Part shown: piece after piece, positions 20,119 through 29,616 of the stretch
Position numbering within the stretch: the first letter of the stretch is position 1
Layout: each line of letters opens with the position of its first letter
DNA from: an uncultured bacterium
Lineage (GTDB): Bacteria; Bacteroidota; Ignavibacteria; Ignavibacteriales; Melioribacteraceae
NCBI GenBank assembly: GCA_965554225.1
Contig: CBEVZC010000002.1
Coordinates: 746 to 64,745 of the forward strand
Direction of reading: 5' to 3'
Length of the DNA stretch: 64,000 nt
Translations under genes and position numbers: made by a program
Notes under the pieces: model-generated
Told to the model about the DNA's origin: nothing
The model's input: only the letters and a program-made list of their open reading frames with translations
The model's database searches: none

Positions 20119-20146
20119 CTGAGCAAATTTTAAAAATGCAAGGTAA
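20119..20146. promoter_or_regulatory. Operator-like motif CTGAGCAAATTTTAAAAATGC, copy 2 (upstream of sufB)
   Basis: Lies in the divergent intergenic region between sufB and the FG-GAP gene. It shares CTGAGCAAA / TTTTAAA / AT(T)GC, in order, with 9021-9048. It is an AT-rich partial palindrome of the type bound by Rrf2 regulators. Confidence 0.35.
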
Positions 20147-20365
20147 ATCTCCAAAATCGTTATAAAGCGTAATAATTTAAAAATCCGGAATTTTTAGTAT
20201 TTCATGTAAGTCAATTATAATAAATACTTATCTATACCCATGAAAATTTACTTTGTACCCGATAAATTGTATTTTAATAAATATTTTGCTAATTTATTTT
20301 TTATTCCGTTTTTCAGTCCCAAATAGGTAATTACATTTCCATTTATTAATGCTTTGGAGGCATCT

Positions 20366-22069
20366 ATGAAAAAATTATTACTCACCATTTTTATACTCTT
20401 AATTTCAGGTAGTTTATTTGCTCAAAATGTTTGGAACGAAGTTTGGAATTTGCAGCAAGTCCCTTTTCAGCCGATAAACAGCGGATCGGAATTTGCAAAA
20501 GTTATTGCTGGTTTTGATACTGACGGAGATGGCCGGGGCGAATTTATTACCGGCACCTCTGATATGGATAGTAATTTTGTTTATATGTACGAGGCAACTG
20601 GCGATAATACATATGAATTAGTTTGGTCTTATAAATTTCCGGTGGCGGGAAATAGTTGGTTTGCAGCAGCCGTAGGTGATGTTGATAATAACGGTAAAGT
20701 CGATATTGTTCTGGGGTGGCCTTCTATTCCATCCGATGGATTACCCAATCCCCCAAGAGTTTTTACTTTTGAGTGGAACGGCGTAAACGGTGAAAATAAA
20801 TATGGGAAGGAACAAGCTGATGGAACTTTTAATCCTACAAGTCAAACCCACTTTGATGTACCGGATAATACCGATTGGAGACCATATAGTATGTCGATTG
20901 AAGATGTTGATAAGGATGGTAAAAATGAGCTTGTTATTGGAGTTAGACAAGGGGGCAGAGGCAGAGAAGTGTTGGTTGCTTCCGTAACAGGCGGAGACCT
21001 TTCAGCTTTCGGGCAGTGGAATATAGAGTATAATTTCCAGAATGCTGAAAACGGATCAAACTTTGCAACTGTAACCGGCGATCTTGATAATGATGGCAAT
21101 ACGGATATTTTTGAAATGGTTTGGAATAAGTTTACGCTAAGAATGTTTGAAGTTACCGGAGCAGATACTTATGAGCATGTTAATGATTTGGAACAAATTT
21201 ACGCTGCTCAAGATATTGATTATGGTTCTCTAGATGGAGTAAGAATTGCCGATGTAAATGGTGACGGTAAGAACGAAATGTTTATTGCCGGAACCGAACC
21301 TCAAAGCACAGTATTCATTGTTCAGAATATTACTGATATATCGGCAATAACAGCAGCGGATATTGTTGAATTTTATCATATCCCGAAAAATATTAAACCG
21401 AACGGATCGGTTGCAGATGGTAAATTCAGGAATATGGTAATTGCAGATCCCGACCAAGACGGTAAAATGGATTTGTTGATTGCAGGTGAAAGAAACGGTC
21501 AAATTTTTGATCTTGAATACAAGGGTTCGGGTGATATGGCTGATTCAACTAATTGGGAACTAACCGTAGCTTACGATTCTTACGCCAAAGCTTCTGCAGA
21601 ACTCGATGCAGATTCCGCTTCTAAATTAACTCCGCGTCTTTACTATGGTAGTTTTGCCGGAGATATGGATGGCGATGGTTTAGATGAATACGTATTTGTA
21701 AATTATAGTACCGATAAAGATATTTGGCCGAATGATTCTTATGTAGTTGTTATCGAAGCAGATAAAGCAACAGGCGTGGAACAAATTAATAATCTCGTCC
21801 CTAAGTCTGTAAAATTAAGTCAAAATTATCCGAATCCGTTTAATCCGGCAACCAATATCGCTTTTTCCATTCCGGAAAACACTTCTCATGTAAGCTTGGA
21901 AGTTTACGATATTTTAGGGAGAGTTGTTAGAACGTTGGTGGATAAAGATATGGCTGCGGGGAACTATAACGTAAACTTTGATGCTTCTCAATTACCGAGT
22001 GGAATTTATATATATAAACTTTCTACAAATGTCGGTACCAAAACAATGAAAATGGTTTTGCAGAAGTAA
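20366..22069 (+). CDS. FG-GAP/VCBS repeat beta-propeller protein with T9SS C-terminal sorting domain
   Basis: Start moved to ATG 20366 (GGAGG at 20356-20360; signal peptide MKKLLLTIFILLISGSLFA). It has seven D-x-D/N-x-D-G loops (DTDGDGRGE, DVDNNGKVD, DVDKDGKNE, DLDNDGNTD, DVNGDGKNE, DPDQDGKMD, DMDGDGLDE). The C-terminus is LSQNYPNPFNPATNI...SGIYIYKL. Confidence 0.85.
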   Translation: MKKLLLTIFILLISGSLFAQNVWNEVWNLQQVPFQPINSGSEFAKVIAGFDTDGDGRGEFITGTSDMDSNFVYMYEATGDNTYELVWSYKFPVAGNSWFAAAVGDVDNNGKVDIVLGWPSIPSDGLPNPPRVFTFEWNGVNGENKYGKEQADGTFNPTSQTHFDVPDNTDWRPYSMSIEDVDKDGKNELVIGVRQGGRGREVLVASVTGGDLSAFGQWNIEYNFQNAENGSNFATVTGDLDNDGNTDIFEMVWNKFTLRMFEVTGADTYEHVNDLEQIYAAQDIDYGSLDGVRIADVNGDGKNEMFIAGTEPQSTVFIVQNITDISAITAADIVEFYHIPKNIKPNGSVADGKFRNMVIADPDQDGKMDLLIAGERNGQIFDLEYKGSGDMADSTNWELTVAYDSYAKASAELDADSASKLTPRLYYGSFAGDMDGDGLDEYVFVNYSTDKDIWPNDSYVVVIEADKATGVEQINNLVPKSVKLSQNYPNPFNPATNIAFSIPENTSHVSLEVYDILGRVVRTLVDKDMAAGNYNVNFDASQLPSGIYIYKLSTNVGTKTMKMVLQK

Positions 22070-22088
22070 ACTGCATTTATTTGACTTT

Positions 22089-22130
22089 AACCTCCGGGAA
22101 TAAGCTTTCCGGGGGTTATAATGTTTTTCA
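22089..22130 (+). terminator. Putative intrinsic terminator of the FG-GAP gene
   Basis: 9-bp stem AACCTCCGG (22089-22097) / CCGGGGGTT (22109-22117) with one G-U pair and an 11-nt loop, followed by ATAATGTTTTT. Confidence 0.5.
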
Positions 22131-22194
22131 ATTCTTAATTTGATAATTGCCTATAAGAAAAATTTTATTTTAACCGGTTTAGTTTTTTGTAAAT

Positions 22195-22923
22195 TCAAAT
22201 TTCTCTTTGTCTAATAATCTCAAAAAGTAAAATTCCCGTAGCTACCGATACGTTCAAACTTTGGATTTTCCCTTTCATCGGAATCTCGGCAAGGAAATCG
22301 CAATTCTCTGCTATAAGCCGTCTAATTCCTTTTTCTTCGTTACCTACAACAAGAGCAATTGGACCGGAAAAATCTATTTCAGTATAATTTTTATTATCTC
22401 CTAATTTGGAACCTACAATCCAATAATTTTCCTTTTTAAGTATTTTAATTACATCAACCAAATTAGACTCGCGGCAAATTTTGAGATGGGAAATTGCGCC
22501 GGCTGATGTTTTTGATACCGTTTCATTAATTGGAGCTGTGTTTCTGATTGACATAATTATACCGTCAACACCGGCAGCTTCCGCCGTTCTGAATATTGCC
22601 CCGAGATTGTGCGGATCTTGTACGGAGTCGATTAATAGTAAAAGCGGGGCAGGCTTTTTAGATGCGATGTTCAAAATTTGATTTAATGAATAAAGCTGCT
22701 TGTCACTAATTTCAGCTACTATTCCTTGAGTATTTTCTTTAGGGGCAAGAGTTTTAAATTTACTACTGGAAATTTGTGAAACCCGGACTCCCTTTTTCTT
22801 TGCAAGTTTTTTAATATCGTTTATTATTCGCGAGTGCTGATTATAAAGCAAATATATTTGGCTTACACCTGCATCGGATTTTAGCGCTTCAAGAATAGGT
22901 TTTCTTCCATAAATTCTTTTCAT
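22195..22923 (-). CDS. rlmB: 23S rRNA (guanosine-2'-O)-methyltransferase RlmB (SpoU/TrmH family)
   Basis: 242 aa. It has the SpoU_sub_bind N-terminus plus VQDPHNLGAIFRTAEAAG, LVVGNEEKGI and SLNVSVATGILLFE. It overlaps hisS by 4 nt. Confidence 0.85.
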   Translation of the reverse strand: MKRIYGRKPILEALKSDAGVSQIYLLYNQHSRIINDIKKLAKKKGVRVSQISSSKFKTLAPKENTQGIVAEISDKQLYSLNQILNIASKKPAPLLLLIDSVQDPHNLGAIFRTAEAAGVDGIIMSIRNTAPINETVSKTSAGAISHLKICRESNLVDVIKILKKENYWIVGSKLGDNKNYTEIDFSGPIALVVGNEEKGIRRLIAENCDFLAEIPMKGKIQSLNVSVATGILLFEIIRQREI

Positions 22924-24185
22924 TTTTTGCGTTCTATTCTTTTTGCTATGTCGCTCAAATTATCTAAACTTATTTCTTCCTGTTCGCCGGTTTGCATGTT
23001 TTTTAATACCGCTGCATTTCTCAACAATTCGTCACCGCCTATCATTAATACAAAATTCGAATTTAATCTGTTTGCTTCTCTCATTTGTGCTTTTACACTG
23101 CGCAACAGGTAATCCAGCTCGGTAACAAGTCCGTTTTGTCTTAGAAAATTTGCAATTGCGAAAACCTTATCTTTCTTATCCTTATCAAGCCTGACTAAAT
23201 AAACGTCCAATTCTTCATCTTTTAGATTTAGGCATTTTTCATTTTCGCAGGCGAGAAGAATTCTTTCCATTCCCGCAGCAAATCCCGTTGCCGGAACAGG
23301 TTTACCGCCAAGCTGTTCTATCAATAAATTATATCTTCCGCCACCGCACAGAGCGCTTTGTGCGCCCACACTTTTGCTGATTATTTCAAATGTAGTATTT
23401 GTATAATAGTCTAATCCTCTAACAAGTTTATGATCGACGGTAAACGGAATGTTTGATTCGCTTAGTAACTGTTTTACGTTTGCAAAATGTTCACGGCTTT
23501 CGTCGTCAAGATAATCTAAGATTGTGGGAGCTTCAGCCATTATTTTTTGGTCGACTTCATTTTTGCTATCAAAGATTCTAAGTATATTGGTCTTAAATCT
23601 TTTCCGACTGTCTTCCGATAATGAATCCAGTTTGCTGCCAAGATATTTACGAAGCTCTTCCTTGTATCTTTCCCTGGATGTTGGAATACCAAGTGAGTTT
23701 ATTTTTATTTCAAAGTTCTTAAGTCCTAAGTTTTTAAGAATATTATGAGCGATGATAATTATTTCTGCATCTACAATCGGATCGTTGCTTCCAATTGCTT
23801 CTGCTCCGAACTGGTGAAATTGTCTTAATCTTCCGGCTTGCGGTCTTTCCTGTCTGAACATTGGTGAGATATAAAACAACTTATAGAAGTTTGCTTTCTT
23901 ATTTAATTCATGTTCAATAAAAGCTCTAACAACCGAAGCTGTCATTTCGGGTTTTAATGTAACACTTGTCCCGCTTCTATCGGTAAAAGTGTACATTTCT
24001 TTACTTACAATGTCTGTCGCTTCGCCAATCCCACGGCTGAACAAAGCAGTCTCCTCAAAAATAGGTGTTCTGATTTCTTTAAAGTTAAAAAGAACCATTT
24101 CCTGTTCAACCAGTAATTCCAAGTGTTTCCATAATTTTATGTTTTCAGGTAAAATATCTTTTGTACCGGCAATTGCTTTTATCAT
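22920..24185 (-). CDS. hisS: Histidine--tRNA ligase
   Basis: 421 aa. It has class II motifs (GTKDILP, MFRQERPQAGRLRQFHQFG, GGGRYNLL, GFAAGMERI) and an anticodon-binding C-terminus. Confidence 0.95.
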   Translation of the reverse strand: MIKAIAGTKDILPENIKLWKHLELLVEQEMVLFNFKEIRTPIFEETALFSRGIGEATDIVSKEMYTFTDRSGTSVTLKPEMTASVVRAFIEHELNKKANFYKLFYISPMFRQERPQAGRLRQFHQFGAEAIGSNDPIVDAEIIIIAHNILKNLGLKNFEIKINSLGIPTSRERYKEELRKYLGSKLDSLSEDSRKRFKTNILRIFDSKNEVDQKIMAEAPTILDYLDDESREHFANVKQLLSESNIPFTVDHKLVRGLDYYTNTTFEIISKSVGAQSALCGGGRYNLLIEQLGGKPVPATGFAAGMERILLACENEKCLNLKDEELDVYLVRLDKDKKDKVFAIANFLRQNGLVTELDYLLRSVKAQMREANRLNSNFVLMIGGDELLRNAAVLKNMQTGEQEEISLDNLSDIAKRIERKK

Positions 24186-24341
24186 GATATCTCATATAAT
24201 ATTTTTATGTACTTTAAAATAATTAAGGAATAAATATAACCTTTATAGAAAGGCAATTCAATTGAATAAAGATTGTACTATTGAAAATTTGGAATGAAAG
24301 ATTGGAGTATTTGCAGCAGGTTTCCAGTTAAAACGTATTTG

Positions 24342-24803
24342 TTAGAATTTTTTTTCTTCTTCAACAAAATAATTATGAATTTCCTCTGCCGAATTTGCGT
24401 TCAATAAATTCTCTCTGAATGAATCATCGTTCATCATCCGTGAGATTCTGCTTAAAAGTTTTATGTGTGCGGCAACCATGTCTTCTTTACCAACAAGCAG
24501 GAATATCAATCTTACAGGTTGATCATCCAGCGCTTCAAAATCAATCGGTTCCCGGGTTTTTCCGAAAGCCACTATTGTTTCTTTAACGCTGTTTGTTTTT
24601 CCATGCGGAATCGCAAAACCTTTGCCAACACCTGTTGACATGATTTTCTCTCTCTCAAGAACAATAGACCTCACAGCTTCCAAGTCCAAAACTCTTTCAT
24701 CATCTTTGAATAGATCTATCAGTTCATTTATCACTTCCTTTTTAATCGTATTCTTCATTTTTGGAATAATTTTATCCGGCTTTAGCAATTCTGAAATTTT
24801 CAT
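24342..24803 (-). CDS. PTS EIIA-Ntr-type protein (PtsN-like)
   Basis: It has the PTS_EIIA_2 fold with the phospho-His motif GKGFAIPHGK. Start placed at ATG 24803 (MKISELLKPD), not the upstream TTG at 24821. Confidence 0.8.
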   Translation of the reverse strand: MKISELLKPDKIIPKMKNTIKKEVINELIDLFKDDERVLDLEAVRSIVLEREKIMSTGVGKGFAIPHGKTNSVKETIVAFGKTREPIDFEALDDQPVRLIFLLVGKEDMVAAHIKLLSRISRMMNDDSFRENLLNANSAEEIHNYFVEEEKKF

Positions 24804-25078
24804 TTTTAAATGTCCTAACAATCAAAAAATAAGTGAATACGAAACTTATAAAAGGTATTATTGATTATCAATTTATTAAGGAAGTTAATTTTTATTATAA
24901 ACTTTTATCCCTCTATTTATACTTAAAACAATAAGTTACAACCTCATAAAATATTCCGGCTTTTTAAAAATAGTTCAATGCTTTCCGGTAAATGCCGTTG
25001 TAAGAAATATTCACATGTTAATTGTTTTAGAATTATGAAATAAATTTTTTAATTAACAGAATTATATACTATAGAATC

Positions 25079-25109
25079 TTGCCAACGGGTAAATAATAGC
25101 TTAATTTTA
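25079..25109 (+). promoter_or_regulatory. Bacteroidota-style promoter-like motif (cTTGCCAA - 20 nt - TAATTTTA) upstream of the 25140 operon
   Basis: TTG at 25079-25081 and TAATTTTA at 25102-25109, about 30 nt before the ATG. The same CTTGCCAA -33-like box is seen twice upstream of tnaA. Confidence 0.4.
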
Positions 25110-25139
25110 TGGCTAAATGAAAACAAGATTGAGGTAAAA

Positions 25140-26840
25140 ATGGATATTCAAAACAAAACTGTATTAGTGCTTGGGGCATGGGGTTTAGTTGGAAATGCCG
25201 TAACTCGAAAACTAGTTGGTGAAAAACCTAAAAAGATTATTGTGACATCTCTGCAAAAAAAAGAAATTGAAGAGGAAATAGAGAAATTAGAAAAAGAATT
25301 TCCGCAATTACCGGCTGATTATTTTATTCCCTGGTGGGGAAATATTTTTGTTAGGAATGAATTCAAAGATACAAACAGGTATGAATTACTTGAAGACCCC
25401 GCTAAAAGAAAGGTTTTATTGAAAGATATAATGGAGGAACTTACGCCTCAGATTCTAGAGAATTCTTCAATTTACCAATTGCTTAGCCAATATAAACCCG
25501 ATATAATTGTGGATTGTATAAATTCTGCAACCGGTATTGCATATCAGGATGTGTACACAACGTATCATAAAATATCTACAATGATTTCTGAAGACCCTTC
25601 CAAAGAAGATATTATAACTGAAACGGAAAAATTGTTATGTACGCAATATATTCCGCAATTAATAAGACATATTCAGGTTCTTTATAACTCAATGAGCAAA
25701 GTAAATACCGAAATATATGTTAAAATTGGAACCAGCGGTACAGGCGGAATGGGCTTAAATATTCCGTATACTCACAGCGAGGAAAAACCCTCCAGGGTTC
25801 TACTTAGTAAATCTTCAGTTGCAGGAGCCCATACTTTACTGTTATTCTTAATGGGAAGAACGCCTGACGGCGCTATTACTAAAGAGATAAAGCCAACTGC
25901 GGCTATTGCCTGGAAAAAAATTACTTACGATGAAATCCGTAAAAGAGGTAAACCGATTGAACTGTTCGATATCTCTCCGGCTGAGGCTATTAAGCTTGAG
26001 GATAAGTTGAAGCTTAAGATTGAAAGCAAATACAAATCGACCGGAGAAACCTTGAAATCCGTATTTATTGATACAGGTGAGAACGGAACTTTTTCACGCG
26101 GTGAATTTGAAACAATTTCTGCGCAAGGACAAATGGAATATGTTACTCCCGAAGAAATTGCAAGCGATGTTATTTTTGAAATTAAGGGCGGAAATACCGG
26201 TCACGATATTATTAATGCACTTGATAATGCAACTCTGGAGCCTACTTACAGAGCCGGTTTTCTGCAGCACATGGCTGTGGAAAAATTAGCCGAGTTAGAA
26301 AAAATTCATAATATAAGCAGTGTTGCTTTCGAATTACTCGGTCCGCCGAGATTATCCAAACTTCTTCATGAAATTAATTTGATTAAGAACGTTACAACGT
26401 CGATGGAAAATATTCTTGAAAAAACTCCGGAAGAGCTTTCGCAAGATTTATTTAATTTTGTTAAGGAAAATTCGAAGCTGAGAAGCGAAATAATTTCGAT
26501 AGGAATTCCTATTCTTTTCCCGGACGGCAAAACTCTTCTTAGAGGAAATGAAATTAAAATTCCTCCGTTTAAAGGAGAAGACGAGCTCGATATCTCGGAG
26601 AAAAAAATTGATCTATGGTCAACAGACGGTTGGGTTGACTTAAGAGTAAGCAATATTCGGAAATGGCAAAAGAGAATCAAAGCTTTAATTGATGAGGCAA
26701 ATGCTATCTCTCCCGACGATACAAGTTCGATGCATGTAAGGACAAAAAGATATTGGGATAATTTTAAAGAAATAAATATCGGCAAAGTTGTTGGCTGGAT
26801 ATTTATTCACGAAGAGCAGGGAAGAAGAATGAAAGCATAA
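25140..26840 (+). CDS. Uncharacterised 566-aa protein with N-terminal NAD(P)-binding Rossmann motif
   Basis: KTVLVLGAWGLVGNAV matches GxxGxxG. The rest (DIIVDCINSATG, GTSGTGGMGLNIPYTHSE, long alpha-rich C-terminal half) matches no family I can name. Confidence 0.6.
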   Translation: MDIQNKTVLVLGAWGLVGNAVTRKLVGEKPKKIIVTSLQKKEIEEEIEKLEKEFPQLPADYFIPWWGNIFVRNEFKDTNRYELLEDPAKRKVLLKDIMEELTPQILENSSIYQLLSQYKPDIIVDCINSATGIAYQDVYTTYHKISTMISEDPSKEDIITETEKLLCTQYIPQLIRHIQVLYNSMSKVNTEIYVKIGTSGTGGMGLNIPYTHSEEKPSRVLLSKSSVAGAHTLLLFLMGRTPDGAITKEIKPTAAIAWKKITYDEIRKRGKPIELFDISPAEAIKLEDKLKLKIESKYKSTGETLKSVFIDTGENGTFSRGEFETISAQGQMEYVTPEEIASDVIFEIKGGNTGHDIINALDNATLEPTYRAGFLQHMAVEKLAELEKIHNISSVAFELLGPPRLSKLLHEINLIKNVTTSMENILEKTPEELSQDLFNFVKENSKLRSEIISIGIPILFPDGKTLLRGNEIKIPPFKGEDELDISEKKIDLWSTDGWVDLRVSNIRKWQKRIKALIDEANAISPDDTSSMHVRTKRYWDNFKEINIGKVVGWIFIHEEQGRRMKA

Positions 26841-26841
26841 A

Positions 26842-27759
26842 ATGGTGTTCACTAAGAACATGTCTAACAACAAATTAAAAATTATTATCACTGATTCGGG
26901 ATTTGGTGGCCTCTCTGTTCATGCTAAACTTGACCGGACTTTAAAAAAGTTGAAGAATATTGGAGATATCGAACTCGTATTCTTCAACTCTTATGCCGGT
27001 ATTGGTTATGGGTATAATGAACTTAACGATATAGAAGAAAAACTAAAAGTGTTTAATTCTGCACTAACTGGCATAACCAAACTTAAGCCAGATATAATTC
27101 TTATAGCCTGCAATACTCTATCAATCTTGTATCCCAAAACAATTTATAGTAAAGAATCTAAAATTCCCGTTCTCGGAATAGTAAATTCAGGAGTTGAACA
27201 GGTGTTGGAAAGTGTAAATATATCTGATAATTATTTGATTATAATATTTGGTACGGAAACTACAATCAATTCCAAGATATATCAGAATATGATTTTAGAA
27301 CAAGGGTTCAGTAATGAAAAAATTATTGCTCAAGGGTGTAAAAATCTTGAAAGTGAAATTCAAATTAATCCTTCGGGTGAAAAAGTAAAAGAATTAATTA
27401 CAAAATATGTTAACAAAGTTGCAGAAAGAATTCAAGATAAAAGATTTGAAAAAATAGTTCTGGTTCTTGCTTGCACACACTACGGTTTTAGCGAAAAAAT
27501 ATTCAAGGAAAAATTAAAGAATAAATTTAATCAAGATATTATTATTCTAAACCCAAATGAAAAAATTGTTAACAAAACCTTGAATTTTATTACTAGTGAA
27601 AAAAGAATAGGAACAAAAATTACAAATAAGGTATATTCTAAGAATGAATATAGTGAAGAACAAATAAGGAGTCTTGCAGATTTAATTGAAAAAGATTCTC
27701 CTTCTTTACGTGAAGCATTACTAAAGATTAATTACTCTGCCAATTTATTTAGCGTTTAG
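26842..27759 (+). CDS. Asp/Glu racemase superfamily protein; divergent MurI-like paralogue
   Basis: 305 aa. The N-terminal ITDSGFGGLSV and both catalytic-Cys motifs (IACNTLS, LACTHYG) are present. The MurI substrate loop (GDxAxxPYG) is replaced by FFNSYAGIGYGYNEL. The start lies 1 nt after the upstream stop (TAAAATG). Confidence 0.7.
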   Translation: MVFTKNMSNNKLKIIITDSGFGGLSVHAKLDRTLKKLKNIGDIELVFFNSYAGIGYGYNELNDIEEKLKVFNSALTGITKLKPDIILIACNTLSILYPKTIYSKESKIPVLGIVNSGVEQVLESVNISDNYLIIIFGTETTINSKIYQNMILEQGFSNEKIIAQGCKNLESEIQINPSGEKVKELITKYVNKVAERIQDKRFEKIVLVLACTHYGFSEKIFKEKLKNKFNQDIIILNPNEKIVNKTLNFITSEKRIGTKITNKVYSKNEYSEEQIRSLADLIEKDSPSLREALLKINYSANLFSV

Positions 27760-27821
27760 GTATTAGTAATGAAAAATGGCAAAACCAGATGATAAAAATA
27801 GTTTTATATTTTTCTGAGGAT

Positions 27822-27863
27822 TACTGGGCAATATTATTTGAATAGTGCCCAGTATTTATTTTT
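27822..27863 (+). terminator. Intrinsic terminator of the 25140-27759 unit
   Basis: Perfect 9-bp stem TACTGGGCA (27822-27830) / TGCCCAGTA (27846-27854), followed by TTTATTTTT. Confidence 0.65.
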
Positions 27864-27874
27864 AAAGCTGATTC

Positions 27875-28585
27875 TTAGAAATTCGGTGTGAACTTTTTGC
27901 CTTTGTGAAATTCAGAAATTATCTTTGCCGCTTCAACGGGGTCGTCTGTTATAGTGAATAAATCCAAATCATTCGCATTTATATATCCGGCTTTTAATTG
28001 TTTCTCAATTACCCACTCAATTAAGGAATTCCAATATTCACTTCCCATAAGTACAACGGGGAACTTTGTGGTTTTTCCAGTTTGAATTAAAGTTAAAACT
28101 TCAAAGCTTTCGTCAATAGTTCCGAACCCGCCGGGCATTAAAATGTAACCTTGTGCATATTTGAAAAACATCAGCTTCCTTACAAAAAAGTATCTGAAAT
28201 TGAAAAGTTTGTCCTTATCTACATAAGGATTTGCATTTTGTTCGTGCGGTAATTCAATATTAATTCCCGTTGAACTTCCTCCAACTTCAGAGGCTCCTCT
28301 GTTTGCCGCTTCCATAATTCCCGGACCGCCGCCGGTAATAATTCCGAATCCCTTTTTTACTAATTCCTTTGAAACTTGAACTGCGAGTTTGTAATATTTG
28401 TCCTCCGGTTTTGATCTTGCTGAGCCGAAAACTACAACGCTCGGTTTTATTTTTGCCATGCCTTCAAAACCTTCAACAAATTCTGCCATTATTCTGAAAA
28501 CACGCCACAAATCTTCCTGTGAGCTTTGTATGCGTTCTTCCAATCCGTTACAATCCGAGTCATTATTCATTTTTCCATTCTCCAT
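27875..28585 (-). CDS. LOG-family (TIGR00730) nucleotide phosphoribohydrolase
   Basis: VFGSARSK, GGGPGIMEAANRGA and the PGGFGTIDE motif. Confidence 0.88.
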   Translation of the reverse strand: MENGKMNNDSDCNGLEERIQSSQEDLWRVFRIMAEFVEGFEGMAKIKPSVVVFGSARSKPEDKYYKLAVQVSKELVKKGFGIITGGGPGIMEAANRGASEVGGSSTGINIELPHEQNANPYVDKDKLFNFRYFFVRKLMFFKYAQGYILMPGGFGTIDESFEVLTLIQTGKTTKFPVVLMGSEYWNSLIEWVIEKQLKAGYINANDLDLFTITDDPVEAAKIISEFHKGKKFTPNF

Positions 28586-28824
28586 AAAGTGCGTCGTTTA
28601 TATATTGATAATTTCATTTATAAAATGAGAATTGAAGTTATAAATTATTTTGTAAAATAGCTCAGTAAAAAATATTTGAGTTATCGTCAAATAATATTGT
28701 ATGTGAATTTCAATCATTATCCGATTTCATTATATTGCACACTTAATATTTGTAAAGCTCATAATAAGTATATCTGTTACAATGATTATGTTAAAAATTA
28801 AAAGAGTTTTCTAAAGGAAGTTTT

Positions 28825-29616
28825 GTGACCGCTTACAGTAAATTTACAGTTGACCGTGATGAGATAATCGGAGATACTAAACATATACATGAGTTTTACA
28901 GTGTGTATCTTAAAAATGAGAGGGATATTATTGTTTGGTTTCCACCTTCATATTTAGCTACGCATAAAAATTACCCGGTTTTATATGTACAAGACGGGCA
29001 GAATATTTTTAATCCCCGTACATCGTTTATCGGGTATGATTGGAAAATGGATGAAGTTTCAACTGTTTTGATGGAAAACAGATTTGTTGATGAATTTATT
29101 ATTGTGGCTATTTACAATACAAAAGATAGACTTGATGAATATAATTATTTTACTCCCAAAGGCAAAAGTTATTCTAAATTTTTAACTAAGGAATTAAAAC
29201 CTTTTATAGATGAGAATTTCCGAACATTAACTAATTATAAAAATACCGCGCTTATTGGTTCTTCCATGGGCGGACTGATTTCATTTCAACTTTTTTGGAA
29301 CTTTCCTCAAGTATTCGGAAAAGCTGCATGTCTTTCCAATTCTTTTTGGGTTAACGATGGAGAGATATTTAAAATGGTTGAGGTAAATCCATCGGTAAGA
29401 AAAAATGCAAAACTTTATATTGATTGCGGAGATTTGGAAACGGAGCTTTTAGATGATTTCAAAAAAATGTGTACAACGCTTAAATCAATTGGGTATGAGT
29501 CCGGTAAAAACTTGGAGTGTCATCTTCAACATGGAGCAAAGCATTCGGAATATGATTGGGCGGCGCGGCTTCATATACCGTTAAAATTTTTGTTTGGAGC
29601 TGGTAGAGACGTTTAA
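28825..29616 (+). CDS. Alpha/beta hydrolase, 'putative esterase' (PF00756-like) family
   Basis: 263 aa with a GTG start after AAGGAAG. YPVLYVQDGQNIF and the nucleophile elbow GSSMGG are present. Confidence 0.75.
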   Translation: MTAYSKFTVDRDEIIGDTKHIHEFYSVYLKNERDIIVWFPPSYLATHKNYPVLYVQDGQNIFNPRTSFIGYDWKMDEVSTVLMENRFVDEFIIVAIYNTKDRLDEYNYFTPKGKSYSKFLTKELKPFIDENFRTLTNYKNTALIGSSMGGLISFQLFWNFPQVFGKAACLSNSFWVNDGEIFKMVEVNPSVRKNAKLYIDCGDLETELLDDFKKMCTTLKSIGYESGKNLECHLQHGAKHSEYDWAARLHIPLKFLFGAGRDV

